A stretch of 20,989 bases of DNA, from positions 1 to 20,989 of the forward strand of contig JAEOTX010000157.1 in the NCBI GenBank assembly GCA_016839605.1. Reading direction: 5' to 3'. The translations under genes were made by a program, and so were the position numbers. The notes under the pieces are model-generated. The model saw only the letters and a program-made list of their open reading frames with translations, made no database searches and was not told the origin of the DNA. This document shows positions 16,544 to 20,989 of this stretch, piece after piece (position 1 is the first letter of the stretch; every line of letters begins with the position of its first letter). The stretch is from Candidatus Thorarchaeota archaeon. Lineage in GTDB: Archaea > Asgardarchaeota > Thorarchaeia > Thorarchaeales > Thorarchaeaceae.

Positions 16544-17224
16544 CTATACACCCGGCAAAATGCGTTCAATTAGCAGATAAAAGAACGAAACGTTTCCGAG
16601 ATAGAGAATCATTACCGTGAACGCTCCAATAATCCACAGCCAGAACGGTCGATCGCGAACGAGTTCAAAGGATATCACTGTGGAAAGACCAAGCAGAATC
16701 TCAGGAATAACAATATAGACTGCGACATGCCCAACCATCATGACGTTCTGAGCATTCCAGGATGGAAGCATCCACATAGTTTCCTCGGCTAGCCCAAATA
16801 TGAATAAAGTGAGGGCTGCCACAGCGAGGTATGCAACCTTGTATGATCTCTGCTTGCCCAGTTCTTGTCCCATAAATAGAATCACGAATAAGGGAATGGC
16901 CCAGAGACCTGCCATATACGCTGACACTGGACCTATCATTAAGAATCCATCATCTGGAAAGGCGATTGTTTCAAGTTCAGTGGCAAGGAACCAGTCTGGA
17001 AAGATCTGAAAGAGGCTTAGAATGAACACGTACGCCCATATCGATAACCACTCCTTATGTCCTCGAACATAGGCTACTAACGGAATTAGCACATTGTATG
17101 CAGCAATTAATGCAAACATCTTTGCACCAATCGCGAGACCGGGCAGAAGCAATACAGCAACGCACATGATCATGAAGATGATATGTACTAAGAGGAGGTC
17201 TAGGTACTTCTTCTCGACTGTCAA
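16544..17224 (-). CDS. Multi-pass membrane protein (possibly DUF6989-like)
   Basis: About 7 TM helices with 'FQIFPDWFL', 'YMAGLWAIPLF' and 'YIVIPEILLG'. The family name is from memory only. Confidence 0.75.
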   Translation of the reverse strand: MTVEKKYLDLLLVHIIFMIMCVAVLLLPGLAIGAKMFALIAAYNVLIPLVAYVRGHKEWLSIWAYVFILSLFQIFPDWFLATELETIAFPDDGFLMIGPVSAYMAGLWAIPLFVILFMGQELGKQRSYKVAYLAVAALTLFIFGLAEETMWMLPSWNAQNVMMVGHVAVYIVIPEILLGLSTVISFELVRDRPFWLWIIGAFTVMILYLGNVSFFYLLIERILPGV

Positions 17225-17363
17225 AAATGCGAATCTCCTGATTGTTCCTTTCCGTGATTCGCGTTGGTGATTTCCTTCTGATAAATAGTGGGAAAAGCAC
17301 GAGAACCACTACAACTTATAGGGGTATATCTACCAAGCTGCATAATGTTATGGTGTGATGGGT

Positions 17364-18263
17364 ATGTCGGAGAGATTAGGGCAACTAGACTTGGTCTTTG
17401 TCGTGGACAATACGGGTTCAATGGGACCTTACATCGACGTAGCAAAGAGCAAGATCCTTGAGATAATTCGTACGATAAAGAAAGAGGAGTTATGTCACAA
17501 CTTGAGAGTTGGCTTGGTTCCCTACCGGGACCATCCACCTGAAGAGCGAACTTACATCACAAAGAAGTTTCACCTCACTGATGACTCAGCGGCCATTGAA
17601 CGTAATGTCAGGAGCATGTCTGCTCATGGAGGTGGTGATGGCCCAGAGGCTGTTGATGATGGGCTCAAAGATGCCATCAATCTTGAGTGGAATGGAGAGG
17701 CTGCAAAAGTCATAGTTCTTGTGGGCGATGCCCCTCCACATGGTGTTGAGTCTGGAGATAGGTGGCCAGATGGTCCTCCCAGTGGTGTACGATGGGAAGA
17801 AGAAGCAATAAACGCCTACTATGAAGGAATCATTGTTCATACTGTGGGCTGTTATCCTGAGATTTCTAGGTATGGCAATGCTGTCAATGTCTGGAAGAAG
17901 ATAGCAGCTGCATCTGAAGGCAAATTCTTTCCACTAGACCAAGCTGAAAACCTTGTCCAGATAATAACTGGCGTTGCTATCGAGGAGATAGACAAGATTG
18001 CAATTCAACAGGCTATTTTGAGAGAGATGGGTATATTCGCTATCGAGGACTTTCCTTCGGAAGATGATCTTACAGAAGAGAAAGTTGCGGAACTGGCCAC
18101 CAAGGTTCGTGGAAGTGGTCTGAAGAAGCGCGCGGTGACAAAGGCACGTGTGGCAGCTGGTGCGCCGGGAGCTGAGAGATTCACTCTCGAAGAGAAGGAG
18201 ATTACTGAGGGGGATGTCATGGAAGCTCTCCGGCAGCTTAAGAAGAAGGCTGATAGTTGGTAA
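17364..18263 (+). CDS. von Willebrand factor A (vWA) domain protein, paralog 1
   Basis: MIDAS 'DLVFVVDNTGSM', plus 'YRDHPP', 'GGGDGPEAV' and 'DAPPHG'. The start is set at ATG 17364 by alignment with the paralog (MSERLGQ/MSEKLGQ). Confidence 0.92.
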   Translation: MSERLGQLDLVFVVDNTGSMGPYIDVAKSKILEIIRTIKKEELCHNLRVGLVPYRDHPPEERTYITKKFHLTDDSAAIERNVRSMSAHGGGDGPEAVDDGLKDAINLEWNGEAAKVIVLVGDAPPHGVESGDRWPDGPPSGVRWEEEAINAYYEGIIVHTVGCYPEISRYGNAVNVWKKIAAASEGKFFPLDQAENLVQIITGVAIEEIDKIAIQQAILREMGIFAIEDFPSEDDLTEEKVAELATKVRGSGLKKRAVTKARVAAGAPGAERFTLEEKEITEGDVMEALRQLKKKADSW

Positions 18264-18340
18264 GGGGACTCCCCAAATATACAACTAGAACTTTATAGGT
18301 GCCAATCCGCAGCATTAGCCAGATAAAGGGTGGTCAGATT

Positions 18341-19234
18341 ATGTCTGAGAAACTAGGTCAGTTGGATTTAGTATTTGTAGTTGATAACACGGGCTCTATG
18401 GGGCCTTACATCGATGTCACCAAGAGAAAGATCCTTGAGATAATTCGTACAATAAAGAAGGAAGAGCTCTGTCATCGGCTGCGAGTGGGATTGGTATCTT
18501 ATCGTGATCACCCACCGGAAGAGTTGACATTCGTAACTCAGAAGTATGAGCTATCTCCTGATACTGGCAAGATTGAACAGAATATCATGCAGATGTCTGC
18601 AGATGGTGGAGGCGATGGACCCGAAGCTGTGGATGACGCTATGGATGCCGCTAACCGGATGGAGTTTCTTTTGGACGCTGCTAAGGTTGTCGTGCTAGTG
18701 GCTGATGCGCCGCCACATGGTGTTGAGGAAGGCGACAGATGGCCTGATGGTCCTCCAAGTGGAATAAAGTGGGATGTTGAAGCCAAGAAGGCATATGATA
18801 AGGGAATCGTCTACCACACTGTGGGTTGCTTCCCTGAAGTGAAAAACTACACACATGCCGTACGCGTATTTCAGGAGATTGCTGAAACGACTCAGGGTAA
18901 GTTCTTCCCGCTCAATGAAGCAGAGCTCTTGGTGAAGATCATAACTGGAGTCGCGATTGAAGAGATCGACAAGATTGCTATCCAGAAGTCAATCCTAGAA
19001 GAAATGGGGGTCTCTATGGAGGAGTTTCCAGCAGATGAGGAGCTAACCGATGAGAAGATTCACGAGTTGGCGGCCAAGGTCCGAAGCACAGGCATGACGA
19101 AGCGCGCTGTAAAACACGCTCCTTCAGCTGCGGGAGAAAAGGAAGTTGAGGGCTTCATCCTTGAACCTGAAGAAATTTCTGAAGCTGACATCAGAGAAGC
19201 AGTGCGGCAGCTGAAGAAGAAGTCTGACAAGTAG
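18341..19234 (+). CDS. von Willebrand factor A (vWA) domain protein, paralog 2
   Basis: Same motifs as paralog 1 and colinear over the full length. It has its own AACTTTATAGG promoter-like box at ~18289; ATG 18341. Confidence 0.92.
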   Translation: MSEKLGQLDLVFVVDNTGSMGPYIDVTKRKILEIIRTIKKEELCHRLRVGLVSYRDHPPEELTFVTQKYELSPDTGKIEQNIMQMSADGGGDGPEAVDDAMDAANRMEFLLDAAKVVVLVADAPPHGVEEGDRWPDGPPSGIKWDVEAKKAYDKGIVYHTVGCFPEVKNYTHAVRVFQEIAETTQGKFFPLNEAELLVKIITGVAIEEIDKIAIQKSILEEMGVSMEEFPADEELTDEKIHELAAKVRSTGMTKRAVKHAPSAAGEKEVEGFILEPEEISEADIREAVRQLKKKSDK

Positions 19235-19240
19235 AATTTG

Positions 19241-19347
19241 CATGTGTGCGGTGACCAGAGCCAACAAGGCTTACTGGTAGGAGGGGGGGAGTTATGAGGG
19301 CATGTTACAGAAAATAGGCCCTGTCAGCCGCCTGACCACCACACATG
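19241..19347 (-). ncRNA. Putative small RNA: 28-bp imperfect hairpin presenting a C-rich loop
   Basis: Minus-strand stems CAUGUGUG/CACACAUG (8 bp), GUGGUCAGG/UCUGGUCAC (9 bp) and GCUGACAGGGC/GCCUUGUUGGC (11 bp), with 6 G-U pairs possible only on the minus strand. The loop contains AUGCCCUCAUAACUCCCCCCCUCCU. TTATTAAG lies ~20-27 nt upstream. Confidence 0.65.
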
Positions 19348-19374
19348 TAGTGTACTGCGCTACATCTTAATAAG
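19345..19374 (-). promoter_or_regulatory. TATA box (TTATTAAG) and an imperfect palindrome ATGTAGTG-N5-CGCTACAT between the TATA box and the putative RNA 5' end
   Basis: 7/8-matching inverted repeat at 19345-19365; TATA-like element at 19366-19373 on the minus strand. Confidence 0.45.
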
Positions 19375-19493
19375 CACTACTCTCGAAATCTGTGAGCTGG
19401 CGCCCATTTCATTTTATAACAACTGCAAAGCGGAGGTTGCCAAAGCACAATGCTATTCAAGGAGTCCTATGCCAGCAAAATGAGGTTCACGCG

Positions 19494-19931
19494 ATGACTG
19501 AAGAACATCGATATGAGCTTGAGAGCAATTGGGTACGTGAGAAGATTGTCACTATTGAGATTGGTGGCAAGTCAACATTCGAAGTAGCGACTCCCCCTGA
19601 TTTTTGGCCAGAGTCTCCCAGAGAACTAATCTCACCTGAGGATCTCTTCCTTGCTTCTGCGGTATCATGCTACGGAGTGTCCCTCTCTGGTGTTTCCAAG
19701 CGATTCCATGCGGAATTCACTACGTTTTCAATAACGGCAGAAGGTACACTTGCAAAAAGGGAGTTTGGCTGGGAGTTCGACAAGATATCGATGTTCGCAA
19801 AAATAGTGGTTCCTACAGAGAAAGATCGAAAGCGAATGGAAAAGGCCGCTCAAAGGGCGCACGCATATTGCCTTGTAACCAATTCGATGAAGTGCACTGT
19901 TCACCTTGAGACTGAGATAGTTATAGGCTGA
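19494..19931 (+). CDS. OsmC/Ohr-family protein
   Basis: 'SPEDLFLASAVSCY' and 'AHAYCLVTNS' carry the two conserved Cys. The start is moved from 19392 to the in-frame ATG 19494, after GAGGT. Confidence 0.9.
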   Translation: MTEEHRYELESNWVREKIVTIEIGGKSTFEVATPPDFWPESPRELISPEDLFLASAVSCYGVSLSGVSKRFHAEFTTFSITAEGTLAKREFGWEFDKISMFAKIVVPTEKDRKRMEKAAQRAHAYCLVTNSMKCTVHLETEIVIG

Positions 19932-19947
19932 ACACCCTTGAGTGAAT

Positions 19948-20328
19948 CTAGTCCTCAATCTGCGGAAGCAATATTTCTGTTTGATAGGCTGCTCCGCAGT
20001 CGCAGTTGAACTTGGCTGACCAACGCTTAGGAAGAGGTACATTGAATTCATCCACTACGTCCTTGAGGCTGTTCTTTATTCCTCCAATGAGCTTGACATA
20101 AGCTCCTGAGAGTCGCTGAACCTCTTCGGGAAAATCAAAGTCTGAGAGGATGTATTTCACTCCTTTCTTGCATTCGGGACAAGTGGTGAGCATCAAATGA
20201 GTTCCATCGCCGCAGTTCTTACATTTCATTTCAACATGACTGAAATTTGGAGCAATCGGAGCTACTGGAGTCAGGTCTACTGGATGTCCACAAACATAGC
20301 AATAGTAACGGAGATCAACCTTGGGCAT
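19948..20328 (-). CDS. Cys-rich putative double zinc-finger protein
   Basis: CYVC, CKNC, CPEC and CDC knuckles (8 ligands) flanking a helical insert. GAGGT lies upstream of the ATG. Confidence 0.8.
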   Translation of the reverse strand: MPKVDLRYYCYVCGHPVDLTPVAPIAPNFSHVEMKCKNCGDGTHLMLTTCPECKKGVKYILSDFDFPEEVQRLSGAYVKLIGGIKNSLKDVVDEFNVPLPKRWSAKFNCDCGAAYQTEILLPQIED

Positions 20329-20445
20329 TTCCTTAACCTCAGGACTTTCTTATCCTACCCATGTCAATCACAGCTCTAAAAGTATTGGCCTGATGTGACC
20401 AGACCTCAGTTTGCGATAAATCAATCAGGCTATCTCATAACTCAA

Positions 20446-20989
20446 TCATTTCTTCGTGAGGACTCCAATATACAGATTCCTTGGACCGTATGTCTTAGTG
20501 AGTTTCCACCCCGCCCTATCCGCGATTGCTGCCATCTCGTCTGCATTGACCATTCGAAGAAGCCACCAACCACCTACGTGTCCTTTGTATTTGAGCCGTA
20601 TCTTAACAAATCCAAGTGGTTTTCCATTGACTCTATTCTTTTCATGATACTTATGATGCTCTGGATTGTCAGTATCTTCAACATCTCTAGTCTGAGCAAG
20701 AATGACCGCATCGGATTTTGTGATGCGATGGAGGTCTCTCAGCATTGCCACTATCTTGTCCTCGTCACCAAGTACTCCAAAGTTGTTTCCAAATAGGAGG
20801 ACTGTATCGAATGTGTTCTCAGGGAATTCTAGATTTTCAGCAGACATGAAATGAGCCTCTCTTACTCCCCTCTTTCGTGAAGCATCCACGGCTGCTTGAG
20901 AGATGTCTATTCCAACAACTTCATGGCCTTTCTCTTGAAAGTGGAGTGCTACCCTTCCCGCACCGCATCCGATGTCGAGAACCTTTCCC
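20446..20989 (-). CDS. Class I SAM-dependent methyltransferase, 5' end outside the window
   Basis: The frame is open to the window end. Hand translation gives GKVLDIGCGAGRVALHFQEKGHEVVGIDIS (motif I), continuing into 'FDTVLLFGNNFG'. Confidence 0.92.
   Translation of the reverse strand, partial: GKVLDIGCGAGRVALHFQEKGHEVVGIDISQAAVDASRKRGVREAHFMSAENLEFPENTFDTVLLFGNNFGVLGDEDKIVAMLRDLHRITKSDAVILAQTRDVEDTDNPEHHKYHEKNRVNGKPLGFVKIRLKYKGHVGGWWLLRMVNADEMAAIADRAGWKLTKTYGPRNLYIGVLTKK

Noticed and set aside
20395-20796. 133-aa plus-strand ORF
   Set aside because: Antisense to the methyltransferase, with no motif support.
1-20989. Selenocysteine (TGA/SECIS) or pyrrolysine (TAG) readthrough, known in some Asgard archaea
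   Set aside because: The stops inspected fall at plausible family C-termini, no redox Cys position is replaced by TGA, and none of the hairpins shows a convincing SECIS AUGA/GA quartet.

Overview
Gene-dense archaeal chromosomal window, most likely from an Asgard archaeon (Thorarchaeia-like). This is inferred from an Asgard-type longin-like protein, many small Zn-ribbon proteins, TATA-type promoters and a PxF-CTERM-like surface protein. It has about 26 CDS: two GNATs, a secreted PQQ-type beta-propeller with an 84-bp repeat stalk, a radical SAM protein, an LLM oxidoreductase, a YhhN-like membrane protein, a GYD protein, a B12-dependent radical SAM closely linked to a Cys/His-rich membrane protein, two MBL hydrolases, TPR, FKBP, longin-like, NadE, two tandem vWA paralogs, OsmC and a methyltransferase. 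No rRNA, tRNA, CRISPR array or transposase was seen. The strongest unexplained signal is non-coding. Two ~110-nt minus-strand intergenic elements (5646-5760 and 19241-19347) fold by hand into long G-U-rich stems, each with a TATA-like box and an adjacent palindrome. The second presents a C-rich anti-Shine-Dalgarno/anti-AUG loop and lies tail-to-tail with the vWA pair. All structures were paired by eye and all family calls come from motif recognition; no searches were run.
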